Below, piece by piece: positions 62,928 through 64,000 of a stretch of 64,000 nt of DNA. The stretch lies in IMG/VR virus record IMGVR_UViG_3300006045_001036. One strand, given 5' to 3'. The notes under the pieces were generated by a model. The model saw only the letters and a list, made by a program, of their open reading frames with translations. It searched no databases and had not been told where the DNA came from. The stretch comes from a virus. Lineage: Duplodnaviria > Caudoviricetes. A program made the translations under genes and the position numbers. Numbering within the stretch: position 1 is the stretch's first letter; every line of letters starts with the position of its first letter.

Positions 62928-63293
62928 TTACATTTTCCTTTCATTACAGTTTGTTCCAATGTGGTTCATTTTGAACTTTTCTGCGTCGGCGGTGAATGAA
63001 TAGTAATTGATAGAGTAGAATTCATCCGTTGCCTGTTGTATACAATGGGCGGGGACGTAGCCGTCAAAACAAAAGTGGGTTACTTTGAGTTCGGGTTCTG
63101 AACGTACCGACAAATCGGTGAGACAAAAGTTCTGCGGAAACTTCGCTTTCTCTGTCCCTGCTCCTTTAGTAAGGTGTACGCCGTTGATATCGGCACGTTC
63201 TACGCAGTTTCGGTGGCATTCCTCAGGGAACAGTGCCGTGATAATCTTCTCAATCTTGATAAATTCCTCGACATCTTTCGCTGTGATTTTCAT
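62928..63293 (-). CDS. Hypothetical protein
   Basis: 121 aa. Confidence 0.55.
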   Translation of the reverse strand: MKITAKDVEEFIKIEKIITALFPEECHRNCVERADINGVHLTKGAGTEKAKFPQNFCLTDLSVRSEPELKVTHFCFDGYVPAHCIQQATDEFYSINYYSFTADAEKFKMNHIGTNCNERKM

Positions 63294-63463
63294 TTCAATA
63301 CCGCCTTTCTCGTTAAGTAGTGAGCGTTCGCAATTGCTTGTCGAACGCTTCGCCCCTTGGCAATTGACCGTCGTTTAATAATGCTGTATACGCTCCAATA
63401 CTTCCTTAATTTCGATGTGGGGTGGTTCCGAGTAATCCCGCAGTCGGTACAATGTCTAAGCAT
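63290..63463 (-). CDS. Small basic protein
   Basis: Likely start MLRHCTDCG overlapping the upstream gene end. Confidence 0.45.
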   Translation of the reverse strand: MLRHCTDCGITRNHPTSKLRKYWSVYSIIKRRSIAKGRSVRQAIANAHYLTRKAVLK

Positions 63464-63782
63464 TGTGATATTCCTCCATGGTACCAAGGTCACGGATTCG
63501 CAGTTCCTTCTCAGTATCAGTCACGTCAATGCGGTGGATAATTGAATCAATGTTGAAGCCGTCCGATTCAATGAGTTTCCTCATAACCCGATTATGCTCG
63601 GCGGGAAATGAACAGGTGGAGGTCAATTTGATGCTATTAACAGCATCTTCGTAGGAATCGTTCAATTTGGTTAACCGCAAATTGAATTTGTCGAGGTAAA
63701 TACCTTCACAAGCCAGTTCCCGCACAATCAGGGATGTTACCTCGCTCAATCTTTGACTGGGGATACAAATTGCATATTTCAT
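63456..63782 (-). CDS. Hypothetical protein
   Basis: 108 aa, AAAGGAG RBS. Confidence 0.6.
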   Translation of the reverse strand: MKYAICIPSQRLSEVTSLIVRELACEGIYLDKFNLRLTKLNDSYEDAVNSIKLTSTCSFPAEHNRVMRKLIESDGFNIDSIIHRIDVTDTEKELRIRDLGTMEEYHNA

Positions 63783-63784
63783 AC

Positions 63785-64000
63785 TTATACTCCTTTCGGC
63801 ACATTAATAAATACTGTGGTTACGCCGTGTTCGACCCCGATACACGTAATTCGAGATTGTTTCAATAGCGAAGAATTGAGACGACTGTAAATGGTTCTGG
63901 CTCGGTTGTTCCAAATTTCATCGTATCCCACTTCCGTATGGCGACGAACATTCAGAAATTGTTCTACGTCGAAGACTTCAAGAAAATCATATAACTTCAT
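63785..64000 (-). CDS. Hypothetical protein
   Basis: 71 aa at window edge. Confidence 0.5.
   Translation of the reverse strand: MKLYDFLEVFDVEQFLNVRRHTEVGYDEIWNNRARTIYSRLNSSLLKQSRITCIGVEHGVTTVFINVPKGV

Noticed and set aside
1-64000. CRISPR array, tRNA/rRNA genes, DGR template/variable repeats
   Set aside because: No regularly spaced direct repeats, cloverleaf/T-loop signatures, reverse transcriptase or adenine-variable repeat pair seen by eye
1-64000. Stop-codon reassignment
   Set aside because: Core genes are full length under code 11 and TAA, TAG and TGA all terminate genes

Overview
The window is a segment of a large myovirus-type (contractile-tail) phage genome, read in the standard genetic code. 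The host is probably a Bacillota/Clostridia member, inferred from canonical sigma-A promoters, AAGGAGG RBSs, M23 peptidases and a lamin-tail-domain secreted protein. Bases ~1-50100 hold an almost entirely minus-strand morphogenesis region. In transcription order it runs: HNH, KTSC, double-M23 lysin, neck, sheath, tube, chaperone, tape measure, baseplate, Gly-rich tail fibre, then a Mor-like activator, terminase, a catalytically degenerate NAD-ligase/BRCT protein, a T4 gp20-like portal, a gp21-like prohead protease fused to a scaffold, and the start of a probable capsid gene. An island of self-contained cassettes separated by related palindromes interrupts it at ~10.7-14.1 kb. Bases 50100-64000 hold small early/accessory genes, including a five-XRE-HTH protein, DUF2103, a lipoprotein and an HExxH peptidase. 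The main candidate novelties are: (1) a recurring [ILV]-x-S-[SA] motif and shared N-terminal leaders (MxIINSGT, MIRL[LI]S) that look like a Ser-specific head-maturation/capsid-targeting code marking dispersed cargo proteins; (2) a G10 tract that puts one such cargo gene out of frame, a possible phase-variable switch; (3) the palindrome-delimited cassette island with overlapping convergent gene pairs; (4) a pseudo-ligase between terminase and portal; (5) headless XRE-repressor fragments, a poly-HTH protein and a phage-specific GCATT promoter motif. All family assignments come from motif recognition by eye, not from database searches.
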